Below are positions 50,589 through 60,755 of a DNA stretch of 64,000 nucleotides, piece by piece. Made by a program: the position numbers and the translations under genes. Under the pieces are notes generated by a model, which saw only the letters and a program-made list of their open reading frames with translations, made no database searches and had not been told where the DNA came from. The DNA is from an uncultured virus (IMG/VR IMGVR_UViG_3300035208_001228) (taxonomy: Duplodnaviria; Heunggongvirae; Uroviricota; Caudoviricetes). Position 1 is the first letter of the stretch. Every line of letters begins with the position of its first letter. Location: IMG/VR virus record IMGVR_UViG_3300035208_001228. The stretch is one strand, 5' to 3'.

Positions 50589-50836
50589 CCCCGTCTCCTA
50601 GTAGATCAGAATCCTCAAGGTGTACGTCCCGTTCCGATTTTGGAGCCGTAGGTGCGTTTCCCCGGTTCCTATGGTCTGCCACTGAAATACCTGACGTTCG
50701 CCTTCACGCGATTGCCCGGACAACATCAAGTACCCAATGGCGCTATCTTGAATGAGCCATTCACCGGTCAGTTTGGCGATCAGCCGCTCGCCGATCCGCA
50801 GTCGAATCATGCGCCCGTTGTCCCAGTCGTAGACCG

Positions 50837-52753
50837 TCATACGCGAGCCTCCTCGACGACCGGCGCGCCTTCAGAGGCCATCCATTCGACGTTGCCCAGG
50901 GCCTCACCCATCGTCATCAATTCCAACCGGCGATCTTCGCGGATCACATCACGCACACGTCGGTCGCTCGGCAAGTGGAAGATGTCCACAATCAGCAAGC
51001 CGGGATTGTCCTTGCCGATTGTCTGAATGCGTGCCTCAGCTTGCACGCGGTACTCAGGCTTGAACGTGTTTGAATAGAAGACGACCATTCGGCTTTCACG
51101 CAGGGTGAGGCTCATGCCGCCTGACTCAGGATGAGCGACAAAAGCCACGCGAGGATGTTTCTCAAGGTCGGCCCAATAGTCGAGGGGCTCCTCGTCTGTC
51201 ACGATGGTCGTGCCGTGCGTGACGTGCCAGCCACGCCCGTCGCACCGCACAACGTCCCACCCTTCTTTGCGGCAGAGGTTGGCGACACGATCCACGCTGC
51301 CAGTGAATCCGGCGAAGATAACGATGCGGCCAGTCTCCTCGCATTCCTCCAACAGACCGCGAACGATCTGATCCTTGGGGCAAGAAACTTCCTTCGTCAC
51401 GCGAATCTTACGCGGCATCTCGCCCTTGCCCTCACACTTCGGACAAGAAACGCGACGCTTCTGTAGCGTGGCGAGTACCTCCGGGCTCAGCATATCGACC
51501 GCTTCGTAGGCGCGATCTTCGCCGAACCACTCCTCAACTTCCTTCGTCCCCTTACAATGCGTGCATGGAATGGTGCCGTCCACTGCATCGCGGTACAGGA
51601 ATCCGTCGCTCAGTTCTCGAAGCCACGTCATTCCTGTGATCGTGTTCGGAGCAGCGGCGGCGAGCGATTGTGCGACCCGTATCGTGCTTGCACTCGGTGG
51701 GCAAGTGACTGTGCGGTAGGTCTTCTCAGGTAGCTCGACGCAGTCTTTCAGCTGCTTAACAATGACGAGCCCTTTTAGGCGGTCGTTCAGGTAGGCAACT
51801 TCATTGACGCTCGGCTCATAGAGGTGGTCTGTCGCATCGTGTGCGAGTTGGCCGCAATGTTTGCACTTGTGCTCGTCGTCCTTCCAACCGATCCGGGCCT
51901 TGAAGACCCCTGCGTCGTATTCCTTATCAGCGAGGAATGCCAGTCGGGACTCCATTGCCTTCGGCGAACCTTCCTTGAGAAAACCAGGCCAGGCGATCTC
52001 GCACGGAGCCCACCAATCGACGGGCGACTTCGGTGCCGGGGTGCCGGACATCTCGATGACGTAACCCTCGAACCCGTACAACTCGCGGACCTTGTCGGCA
52101 ATCGCCATCATGGCCTGCGTGCGTTGCGATGTTGCGCCTTTGCAACGGCTAATCTCGTCACCAACGACGCCCTGGGGAACCGGTGTATTCGGCTCCCACT
52201 CCTCCATGATGCGGACGAGGGCTTCGTAGGTCATCATCTCGATATTGATAGACGGGTCCATGTTCCAGATTCGGAACTCGCGTCGCATGTTGGGAAGCGA
52301 TGTTTTTGGGCCGATCCACCACCACGTCTTGATGCCGGAACGTTCCATGACCTCTTGCGCGGCCAATGTTTTGCCACTTCGCATTTCGGCGGCCATGATG
52401 CCGTAGTGATAGGTCAAGAAGTGGTCGGCCAAGTCCTTCTGGTGCTGCATCAACGGCCTAGTGTACTCATGCTTCTCAACCTCGCGGTCGAACCACGCAT
52501 ACACGTCCTCGCCCATCAGGTAGGCCAGTTGGAATCGGTTCCGCTGACAATCGGCGACGGACCAAATCTTGCGCGGATTATCAGTGTCGAAACCTAGCCA
52601 TTTCGAGCCCGTCATCGCCTTGATTTCGTCCTTCAAAGCGAACGGGGACTTCAGAAAATAGATGCGACCGTCTTTGTACTCCAACGTGGCCGCCGAACGC
52701 ACGAGTGTTCCGCCTGATGTGCGATGAATCAGCTTGACTTCTTGAACGCTCAT
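50837..52753 (-). CDS. SNF2-like SF2 helicase with Zn-finger insertion
   Basis: EMRSGKT, DEIS, SGTP, SGGMSLTL, QAEAR; CTHCKG..CPKCEG. Confidence 0.85.
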   Translation of the reverse strand: MSVQEVKLIHRTSGGTLVRSAATLEYKDGRIYFLKSPFALKDEIKAMTGSKWLGFDTDNPRKIWSVADCQRNRFQLAYLMGEDVYAWFDREVEKHEYTRPLMQHQKDLADHFLTYHYGIMAAEMRSGKTLAAQEVMERSGIKTWWWIGPKTSLPNMRREFRIWNMDPSINIEMMTYEALVRIMEEWEPNTPVPQGVVGDEISRCKGATSQRTQAMMAIADKVRELYGFEGYVIEMSGTPAPKSPVDWWAPCEIAWPGFLKEGSPKAMESRLAFLADKEYDAGVFKARIGWKDDEHKCKHCGQLAHDATDHLYEPSVNEVAYLNDRLKGLVIVKQLKDCVELPEKTYRTVTCPPSASTIRVAQSLAAAAPNTITGMTWLRELSDGFLYRDAVDGTIPCTHCKGTKEVEEWFGEDRAYEAVDMLSPEVLATLQKRRVSCPKCEGKGEMPRKIRVTKEVSCPKDQIVRGLLEECEETGRIVIFAGFTGSVDRVANLCRKEGWDVVRCDGRGWHVTHGTTIVTDEEPLDYWADLEKHPRVAFVAHPESGGMSLTLRESRMVVFYSNTFKPEYRVQAEARIQTIGKDNPGLLIVDIFHLPSDRRVRDVIREDRRLELMTMGEALGNVEWMASEGAPVVEEARV

Positions 52754-53220
52754 ACATGCCTCCACGTTCGCCGTGTTCGGACACCTTCGATCGTGCGCCT
52801 CGCAACACCGAACCAATTAGCGACCTCCACATCTGACAAGCTGGACGCACGTATGGCACGCGCATCTTTAACCGTCAAACGGGCACGGCCGTTCTTTTCA
52901 CCGACGAAGGCACGCCCTTCCCTCACTGCCTGCTGCAAATTATCGCTGCACGTGCCAGCGTACAGATGCGATGGGTTGCAACAACGCGGATTGTTGCACC
53001 GGTGGCACGCTAACAACTCACCGGGGTCTGCCCCTGTGGCCAGAAACAGCGCGACTCGCGCCGCCTTGTACCTATGTCCGCGCAACCGAAACGGTGGGTA
53101 TCCGTCCTTATCAACATGCTCCAACCAGCACCAGCAGTCCTTCGGTCCACGCACTGACACTTTCGACCAGAACTTTGCAAAATCGCGGGCTGTGAACGCA
53201 GGGAGCGGAATGTGCTTCAT
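52750..53220 (-). CDS. HNH endonuclease with C-terminal HTH
   Basis: FWSKV, CHRCNNPRCCNPSHL. Confidence 0.88.
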   Translation of the reverse strand: MKHIPLPAFTARDFAKFWSKVSVRGPKDCWCWLEHVDKDGYPPFRLRGHRYKAARVALFLATGADPGELLACHRCNNPRCCNPSHLYAGTCSDNLQQAVREGRAFVGEKNGRARLTVKDARAIRASSLSDVEVANWFGVARRTIEGVRTRRTWRHV

Positions 53221-53711
53221 CGCTTATACGTGAGATAACGTGTCTTGTCAGGTAGTGTGTGACTGTCGTAGTCTTTGCACATGCTCGCGTCGAATAGACT
53301 CATCAGGTGGTTGAAGAACGCGCGAACAGTGTGTGCGCGTTCTCTCGCCGACCCTGATTTCACAGCATCCCGCCACTGCTGTTGCGTGCCTGTAATAACA
53401 GCTAACTGCACGCCACGTTCCGTCGTGTCTTGCGCAACGAATGGCATCCCGCACACCGATAAGATGTCGAGCATGTCGTGGTCGTCTGCGATCACCAACA
53501 CGCTGTACGACACATGGGCCGTGAGATTCGGCGTCACGTTCTCATGCTTCATCTCAGCCAGGCACGCAAGAAACCGCTCGGCGTCTGACCGCTCGACGGG
53601 GCAGGCGTCGATCTTCGCGCTCGGCGAGAACCCCAAGGCTTGTTGCGCCAATGCCAAGAACGTGCCAAAATCAACGCTCGGCTGCTGAATAATCAGGCCA
53701 TTCGCACTCAT
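53217..53711 (-). CDS. Hypothetical protein
   Basis: 164-aa ORF in operon. Confidence 0.55.
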   Translation of the reverse strand: MSANGLIIQQPSVDFGTFLALAQQALGFSPSAKIDACPVERSDAERFLACLAEMKHENVTPNLTAHVSYSVLVIADDHDMLDILSVCGMPFVAQDTTERGVQLAVITGTQQQWRDAVKSGSARERAHTVRAFFNHLMSLFDASMCKDYDSHTLPDKTRYLTYKR

Positions 53712-54068
53712 TCAACGACCTCAACGCAGATGGGATTGGTGCGTGAGATCGGTGTCTGTTCGGCATCCGCGAGCATGCACGCATGGACCTTCGCCTGGTC
53801 ACTAATTGCAGTTCCCTGCGAACGCAGATACTCCAAGAGATGCTCTTGGCGCAGCAAGAATGTTCGGCGCTTCATCCGCGCGGTCATGCTCGGGATTGTC
53901 GGCATCAACGTCTCCAAGAAAAGCGCGCCGGCAGGGTTGCGATTCCTGGCCCAAAGGGCGTGAGGCACACCCGGCGCTATGCTCTGTCACCAGAGGTAAT
54001 GCCCAACCAACGCTGGGCGGTTACTTTTTACGCAGTGAGACCGCTGCTGTCCGCACGTCACCGGGGTC

Positions 54069-54809
54069 TTACCGGGCCCGCTTGGTCTTCGGTTCCTCGA
54101 CTTTTTCCACCCCTTCCGACTTGATAGTAAGAAATCGCTGGATTTCCTTCACGACGACATCAGTCGCAGGCATCTTGATCGGAGCCGAGCACTCCAGGAC
54201 GGCCGGCACGTGCCAAGTCTGTCCTTTGGTGTTCTCGGCAACGCGGACCTTGAGCGTCAGCGGCGCAGGTCCATGTGGTACGAGGCCGGTAACGTCCTGG
54301 TCGTTGGCAGCACGCCGGTCGATGTCCGCCTGCGTCAAATTCATAAAGGGGACAACATTCTTGGCTTCCGGGCGACTCGACTTGTTGCCAAACCAGATTT
54401 CGAGGAACTGTCGCGTGGAACGTTCGTAGGTGAGGTAGCTTATTCCATGCTGGCAGCCGCTGTCCTTCTCCAACGACTTCGCCTGAATCTGTTTGAAGGC
54501 GCTGCTCGTCTCATCGTAGGACACGATGACGGCCGACTTGTCGCTCGAGTCCATCGCCTTCGGGCGCCGTGCCAAGGGGATAACGTCGATAGCCTCACCG
54601 AGATCGGTGATGTCGTCGTCCTTGCTAGCACCGGGGATGCCCCAGTGGCCGGGACGAATCTTGCCGCGATCAATGTCCGGTCCCTTGGTGTACAGTTTTG
54701 CAAACTTCAAGAAGTCGGCACCCTTGGCCAACTCGTCGAAAGCGGCGTCGCTGCCCAGTTGACACGAAGGGAGTTGCGTGAGATCAAGTACAGCCATTTC
54801 GTTTGTCAT
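54069..54809 (-). CDS. Hypothetical replication protein (possible ssDNA-binding)
   Basis: Position divergent from primase; function is inference. Confidence 0.4.
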   Translation of the reverse strand: MTNEMAVLDLTQLPSCQLGSDAAFDELAKGADFLKFAKLYTKGPDIDRGKIRPGHWGIPGASKDDDITDLGEAIDVIPLARRPKAMDSSDKSAVIVSYDETSSAFKQIQAKSLEKDSGCQHGISYLTYERSTRQFLEIWFGNKSSRPEAKNVVPFMNLTQADIDRRAANDQDVTGLVPHGPAPLTLKVRVAENTKGQTWHVPAVLECSAPIKMPATDVVVKEIQRFLTIKSEGVEKVEEPKTKRAR

Positions 54810-54846
54810 GTGATGTGTTCCTCAGTTGAAATGTGTTTGAACCCAT

Positions 54847-54921
54847 CAATACCATAGGGAAAAACACGCCATTTAGGCCAAGCAACATGGCCTAAAAGTG
54901 ACAATTTTCCCTATGGTATTG
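54847..54921. promoter_or_regulatory. Nested inverted repeat at the divergence point
   Basis: 17-bp arms 54847-54863/54905-54921; 9-bp arms 54872-54880/54888-54896. Confidence 0.8.
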
Positions 54922-54951
54922 GTGACGCTTCACCTGTGGACGTGCGCTACC

Positions 54952-57600
54952 ATGCCAAAACTGTCAACTTCTCTTGCTGCCTTTCTGGGTGCGCGCAGAA
55001 CGGTGGCCAACGCCGACCTAATTGACCGCTGGTCCATCAGCATGGAGACACAGATCAATGTGTCTTCCGAAGGTGGCACGTCGGTCGATGGAAAGCGTGG
55101 AACCTACACGGACGGCATCAATGAATGGTTCCAGATACGTATTCCTCACGGGGCCAACAGCGAACCAGAGTGGAAAGACTTTGAACTAAGATGGCCTCTT
55201 GACCTCCATGTGGAGGGCATAGGCGTCACAGGCTGGAACTGGACGGAACGAAGGTCCATATTTGTTGGATTTGACGTTGATAGCATCACCGGCCACGCGG
55301 CAGGGGTCGGTATAACTGATGCAGACCTTACGGCTGTCAAAAACGCTGTTCAATCGCTCCCCTACGTGGAAGTTCGACGCAGCACGAGCGGGGCCGGGCT
55401 CCATCTCTATTGCCACTTAGATGGCGTCCCGACCGCCAACCACACCGAACACGCCGCCCTGGCTCGCTGCATCCTTGGCATGATGAGCAGCGACTGCAAC
55501 TTCGACTTTGCCAGCCGGATCGACGCCTGCGGCGGCAACATGTGGATACACCACACCAAAGCTACGGGCACATCGGGCTTTGAGCTTATCAAGGCTGCCA
55601 CAAAGACGCTTACGGCCAGTGATCTGCCTACGAATTGGCGTGACCATATTGCTGTCGTCACACGGCAACGCACCCGCATCAAGATTGACGGCATCGCCGA
55701 CAACGACCCGTTCGATGCCCTCGCATCGAGTCGAAGGCGTGTGCCGCTCGACGCCACACACAAGGCGATTATTGATGAACTCAGCCGCAGCGGCTTCTCT
55801 ACAGTGTGGATTCCTGAGCATCACCTTCTGCAAACGCACACCAAAGCGCTCGCCGACCTGTCGGGATACAAGGGTGTCTTCCAGACCAGTTCCGAAGGTC
55901 GGAATCCTGGAACCTGCAACTGTTTCGCCTTCCCGCTCGACAACGGCGCGTGGCGCGTCTATCGGTTCTCGCCCGGAACAGCCGAGGCTGAGACGTGGGA
56001 GCAAGACGGCAACGGCTGGACGAATTGCTGCTTCAACAAAGCCCCTGATCTTCACATAGCTGCCCGAGCGGCAGGTGGCATTGAAGCGTCGAACAATGGC
56101 GGCTTTGTGTTCAAAACCGCGATTGAGGCCGTCGAAGCGGTGCGCACCCTCGGACAGGAATTGCAGATTCCCGAACAATTGCAGGACCGTGAGGTCAAAC
56201 TCAAAGCACAGAAAGACGGCCGAGTTGTCCTGAGTGTGCCAAAAGAGAAAGACGAAGCCGTCCCGGAAGGCTGGCTGCATGAGAGAGGCCGTCTTACTCG
56301 CGTCCTGAGCATCCAAGCTGAGATTCGGGCGCAAGTCAGCGAAGAGAGCTACTCCGAATACGACAAGATCGTTCGGTCACTCGTCTCCACGGCCAACAAG
56401 CACATCGGCTTTGTCGTCCGCGATGTGAACGGAACCTGGGTCGAGCATCCGAAAGACAACGCCAAGCACGTCTTGATGAAGCTGGGCAACACCAAGCCGG
56501 ACGCGGAAGTCATCCTCGGCGGAGCGTGCTACGAGTCATGGAAACTTGTCAACCTGCCCTTCCAACCCGAGTATCCAGGCAACCGCCAGTGGAACCGAGA
56601 TTCCGCTCAGTATAGCTGTGCGCCCTCCGCTGAGCCGGGCGACCACCCACACTGGGACATGATCCTAAAACACTGCTTCGGCGATCTCGACGAATCCCTC
56701 GAAAAGTTACCGTGGGCTGCGCGAAACAATGTCAGAACGGGAGCCGAGTACGGGCTCTTATGGATGGCGTGCCTTTTGCGTGAACCGTTCCATCCGCTGC
56801 CATATCTGTTCTTCTACGGTGACGAGAACTGCGGCAAGAGCACGTTCCACGAATGCTTCGTGTTCCTGATGACGCGGGGCGTCACGTGCGCGAATTGTGC
56901 CTTGACCAGCCAGGGCAACTTCAACGGCGAATTGGCGGGAATGATCCTGGCCTACGTCGAAGAACTGGACATCTCCAAGACACCTGGCGCAATGGCGAAG
57001 ATCAAGGACTGGGTTCTGAGTCCCACGCTGTTGCTCCGCAAGATGCGGACTGACGCCTTCACACTCCCTAACACGCTGCACTTCGTTCAAGTAGCCAACA
57101 ATCCAACCTTTTGCCCAATCTTCCCTGGCGACACCCGGATCACGATGATCTTTGTCCCGCCGTTGGTGGAAGGTGAAGAGATTCCCCGCGACGATCTGCA
57201 CGCCTTTCTACGCCAAGAAGCATCGTACTTCTTGCGGACTCTGTTGGAGTTGCCGCTGCCAAGTACAGACGGACGCTTGCGCATTCCTATCGTCACCACG
57301 GCGAACAAGACCCGAGTGCAGGAGACACGACGGGACATGTTGGCCCAATTCGTTTCAACGGTCTGCTATTCAGTGAACGGTTCTTCGATCCCGTTCGTGG
57401 AGTTCTCCGAGAAGTTTATGAAATGGCTTCCGGGTGAAGAACACGGCCTTTGGAGTGCTAGTCGGCTGGGGCGTGAGTTGCCGTTGTTGTACCCGTTCGG
57501 ACTGGATGAGAAGGGCACACGCGCAGTGGGCAATCTCTCCTGGAAGCCGTCGCAATCATCTGCACACCCCGTGGTGGCCATCAATGGGAGACTGCAATGA
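54952..57600 (+). CDS. Primase-helicase (prim-pol-like N-terminus, D5/SF3-like C-terminus)
   Basis: FDVD, STSGAGLHLY; GDENCGKST, VEE. Confidence 0.82.
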   Translation: MPKLSTSLAAFLGARRTVANADLIDRWSISMETQINVSSEGGTSVDGKRGTYTDGINEWFQIRIPHGANSEPEWKDFELRWPLDLHVEGIGVTGWNWTERRSIFVGFDVDSITGHAAGVGITDADLTAVKNAVQSLPYVEVRRSTSGAGLHLYCHLDGVPTANHTEHAALARCILGMMSSDCNFDFASRIDACGGNMWIHHTKATGTSGFELIKAATKTLTASDLPTNWRDHIAVVTRQRTRIKIDGIADNDPFDALASSRRRVPLDATHKAIIDELSRSGFSTVWIPEHHLLQTHTKALADLSGYKGVFQTSSEGRNPGTCNCFAFPLDNGAWRVYRFSPGTAEAETWEQDGNGWTNCCFNKAPDLHIAARAAGGIEASNNGGFVFKTAIEAVEAVRTLGQELQIPEQLQDREVKLKAQKDGRVVLSVPKEKDEAVPEGWLHERGRLTRVLSIQAEIRAQVSEESYSEYDKIVRSLVSTANKHIGFVVRDVNGTWVEHPKDNAKHVLMKLGNTKPDAEVILGGACYESWKLVNLPFQPEYPGNRQWNRDSAQYSCAPSAEPGDHPHWDMILKHCFGDLDESLEKLPWAARNNVRTGAEYGLLWMACLLREPFHPLPYLFFYGDENCGKSTFHECFVFLMTRGVTCANCALTSQGNFNGELAGMILAYVEELDISKTPGAMAKIKDWVLSPTLLLRKMRTDAFTLPNTLHFVQVANNPTFCPIFPGDTRITMIFVPPLVEGEEIPRDDLHAFLRQEASYFLRTLLELPLPSTDGRLRIPIVTTANKTRVQETRRDMLAQFVSTVCYSVNGSSIPFVEFSEKFMKWLPGEEHGLWSASRLGRELPLLYPFGLDEKGTRAVGNLSWKPSQSSAHPVVAINGRLQ

Positions 57601-57786
57601 CCGGCTTCAGACCATTAGCTGACGCCGACCTACGGATGCTTGCGGCGTATCTTGTTGGAACTAACATGGCCCTCTGGATCGGGCTAAGCGAATGTGGCTT
57701 CTGGCCGTGCCGTTATGGCAAGCACTGGCTATTAAATCGGCTGCGAGACGGGACACATTTGATCCGCGACGGCCGAAGGTGGCGGT

Positions 57787-58308
57787 ATGAAAGCGATTGA
57801 ACTGACCCAAGGCAAGTACGCACTCGTCGATGACCTCGACTACGAGTACCTGATGCAATGGAAGTGGCGTTACCTGCAAAGCCGCCATGTAAATGGCTAC
57901 GCGGCAAGATATTACTACATCGGGAGCGGACACGCGACGCGAATTCATAAAGTAGTCCTAATGCACCGCGTCATTGCCACGCGCATGGGCTTGGATATTA
58001 CGGGCCAGCAAATTGACCACAAGAATGCCAACGACCCGGATAACAAACTCAACAACCAACGCAGCAACCTACGAGTGGCCACAAACGGACAAAATGGTGC
58101 CAACCAAACTCTCCGACGCCACAACACCACAGGGTACAAAGGTGTGTATCAACACGACGCCCGATGGCAAGCACGCATCCGCGCCGCTGGCCAGTACCAT
58201 TATCTCGGAACGTACGGCACACCCGAAGAAGCAGCCCGAGCGTATGACATGGCCGCAACGGCATTCTTCTGCACCTTCGCGCACACTAACTTTCCAGTTG
58301 GACTTTGA
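57787..58308 (+). CDS. HNH-AP2 endonuclease
   Basis: LTQGKYA, IDH, NQRSNLR, TGYKGV. Confidence 0.88.
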   Translation: MKAIELTQGKYALVDDLDYEYLMQWKWRYLQSRHVNGYAARYYYIGSGHATRIHKVVLMHRVIATRMGLDITGQQIDHKNANDPDNKLNNQRSNLRVATNGQNGANQTLRRHNTTGYKGVYQHDARWQARIRAAGQYHYLGTYGTPEEAARAYDMAATAFFCTFAHTNFPVGL

Positions 58309-58328
58309 ATTCATAGAGGAGGCATCCA

Positions 58329-58808
58329 ATGAGCAAGTTTGATATGGCTGACGGTGGCACGAAACAATCCTTCGGAGACGGCCGTGCTATACGAGATACA
58401 GCCGAAGACAAGCCCCGCCCCGACCTGATCTCGCCCTTTGCTGAAGATCGCCAGGGACACTGGCTTCGCATGGGTGCGGCCAAGTACGCCGAGCGGAATT
58501 GGGAGAAGGGTATGCCATTCTCGCGTTGCGTAGCGTCACTCAGACGGCACGTGATGAAGTATCAACAGGGCCTACGCGACGAAGATCATCTGGCTGCGAT
58601 CATGTTCAACGCGATGGCGCTGATCCATTACGAAGAAATGATCGAACGTGGCGTGCTGCCGGCCGAGTTGAACGACATGCCAAACTACCAGCGTGTCGCC
58701 AAAGCCGCCCTGCAACTCGTGCGGAAACCCCGCGTCAAGACGACGAAGAAGGGCAAGAAGAAACCGGCCCGGAAACTTGCCCGGAAACTGACGAAGGTCC
58801 GACAATGA
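58329..58808 (+). CDS. dATP/dGTP diphosphohydrolase-like (DUF5664)
   Basis: KPRPDLI, GAAKYAERNWEKG, EDHLAAIMFN. Confidence 0.85.
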   Translation: MSKFDMADGGTKQSFGDGRAIRDTAEDKPRPDLISPFAEDRQGHWLRMGAAKYAERNWEKGMPFSRCVASLRRHVMKYQQGLRDEDHLAAIMFNAMALIHYEEMIERGVLPAELNDMPNYQRVAKAALQLVRKPRVKTTKKGKKKPARKLARKLTKVRQ

Positions 58809-59392
58809 AACACCTGTACGGCAACATACTCGCCTCAATTGACGTGGAGACGACAGGTACACTGCCACGCACCCACGAAATGGTGCAGCTTGCGGTTGTC
58901 CTCTTGGACAGCACGTTACGCCCGAACGGACTCGCTTTCAGTGCCTACATCCGCCCGGAGCACACCGAACGGCTTGACCCGAAAGCGTTCGAGATAAACG
59001 GCCTGACGCTGGAAATGCTGGCCGATGCGCCGTCTGCGTGCCGTGCTATTGATCTGTTCGACGAGTGGTTCTCGACGCTGCCGCTGCCGACAGGCGGTAA
59101 ACTGGTTCCCCTCTCGCACAATTGGACCTTCGAGTACGGGTTCCTTACTGCGTGGCTTGGTGACGCGGGGCGCGACCACTATTTCCATTACCACGCGCGC
59201 GACGCCATGATCCTTGCGTTATCAATCAAGGATCAGTTGGCCCTGCGCGGACAGGAGGCCCCATTCGAGAGCGTCGCGCTAACGAATCTCTGCAAGGTCT
59301 ACGGCGTCGTGAACACGATGCCCCACGACGCGCTGGCGGATGCGCTAGCCGAAGCAGAACTTTACCGAAGAATGCTCAATGGAAACACCTAG
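58805..59392 (+). CDS. DEDDh 3'-5' exonuclease
   Basis: IDVETTG, HNWTFE, HDALADA. Confidence 0.88.
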   Translation: MKHLYGNILASIDVETTGTLPRTHEMVQLAVVLLDSTLRPNGLAFSAYIRPEHTERLDPKAFEINGLTLEMLADAPSACRAIDLFDEWFSTLPLPTGGKLVPLSHNWTFEYGFLTAWLGDAGRDHYFHYHARDAMILALSIKDQLALRGQEAPFESVALTNLCKVYGVVNTMPHDALADALAEAELYRRMLNGNT

Positions 59393-59633
59393 CAACCCTC
59401 GCCGAATATTCACGTGGGCCGAGGCCGTCGCTGATTGGGTCGAGAAGGGGCGACCTGTACGAACCGACCTCGTTGTTGGCCAAATCTTCCGCACCTATTG
59501 CAGCAAATGCAGTTGGCATGACCCAAAGCGAAAACTTTGCAAAGGCTGCGGCTGCAAAGTCGGTCAGTCAGCTTGGGCGGTACTGAACAAGATCAAGATG
59601 GCGACGCAGCACTGTCCTCGCCGCAAGTGGTAG
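59379..59633 (+). CDS. Cys-rich protein
   Basis: CSKC, CKGCGC, KMATQHCP..KW. Confidence 0.65.
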   Translation: METPSNPRRIFTWAEAVADWVEKGRPVRTDLVVGQIFRTYCSKCSWHDPKRKLCKGCGCKVGQSAWAVLNKIKMATQHCPRRKW

Positions 59634-59678
59634 GTCGGCGATTCTATCCCGCACCGGCTTGAGTCAGGAGTGATGGTA

Positions 59679-60419
59679 ATGGCGTTCACGTTGGGCGATT
59701 GGAATGACATCCTGAATAGGATCAATGCGTTAATCGCCAATAATGGCCTAAGTGCTACACCTTTGCCGCTTGTCGTAGGCCAGCACCGTTGGAGTGTCAC
59801 CGATATTGTCGCAGCGCGCAACAAGCTGACTGAGATCGGCAGCACTCTGATCTTCGTCGCACCGTTGGTCAAATGGACACAGGTCATAATCGACGAGTTG
59901 AACGAGGCTATCGACGGCTTCTATCTGCTGCAAGCATTTGTACTCAGCTTTACACACCGATTTGATGTTGTGGTCAACATTAACTTTAAGTACCCTGGCT
60001 GGGGTGGAGGCTATGGCGTACCCGGCACCACGTACGCTGCCACGTGTTCGTCTGTTGTCGGCGTGGCTGACTTCCTTGTCAATTTGACTGCCCCGAATCC
60101 TTATCCTGGATACTACACCCCAATCGGGAGCGTTTCTATTCTCGAAACACTCCAACCCATCCCGCCAGGCATTATTGCGCCCGTCGGCCGGACAAATCTC
60201 GTCTACCGGGGGACGGTTGACACGCGGGATTTTCCAATCACGGTGCAAGGCACGATTGACATGGATGCTCGACCAACGTACTCCCGGTATTGGTATGGGT
60301 ATGGCGACATTGGCTACGATTGGGCCTACTACATCAACCAATACGCCAGTTCACTATTTGCTACATACACTCCAGCCTGGTGGGGTACACCGCTCACCTA
60401 CAGCATCCGGCACGTCTAG
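59679..60419 (+). CDS. Hypothetical protein, possibly virion-associated
   Basis: AGGAG SD; aromatic/Gly-rich C-terminus. Confidence 0.55.
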   Translation: MAFTLGDWNDILNRINALIANNGLSATPLPLVVGQHRWSVTDIVAARNKLTEIGSTLIFVAPLVKWTQVIIDELNEAIDGFYLLQAFVLSFTHRFDVVVNINFKYPGWGGGYGVPGTTYAATCSSVVGVADFLVNLTAPNPYPGYYTPIGSVSILETLQPIPPGIIAPVGRTNLVYRGTVDTRDFPITVQGTIDMDARPTYSRYWYGYGDIGYDWAYYINQYASSLFATYTPAWWGTPLTYSIRHV

Positions 60420-60755
60420 GCGACCGTCAGATTGGCGGTGGCTGCAAGAACGCCGTCCCGGCACCAAACTTCTCGGTCTCCTCATCATACTTGAAGTCGA
60501 ACGGCGCAACCTGAGTTCCGTCTGATACTTCCACGTCAGATGCAAGCGTCAGCTTGTGTTCCTCTGTGACCGACTTGATGAGGCTCCCCAATGTCGCGGT
60601 TCGCTCACCATCGGTCACGCGCGTTGACAACGTCAGTATCGGATCGGTCAACTCCGAAGTGGCGAATGTCGAGGCCAGATCAACGAAGGGCGTCTTCAAC
60701 GGCGTGATTGGCGGCGTGCAGAGTGTTCTAAGGTTTAGCACTGGTTTGTCCATGT

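Noticed and set aside
58329..58808. Z-genome (2-aminoadenine) pathway
   Set aside because: DUF5664 alone is insufficient; no PurZ in the window
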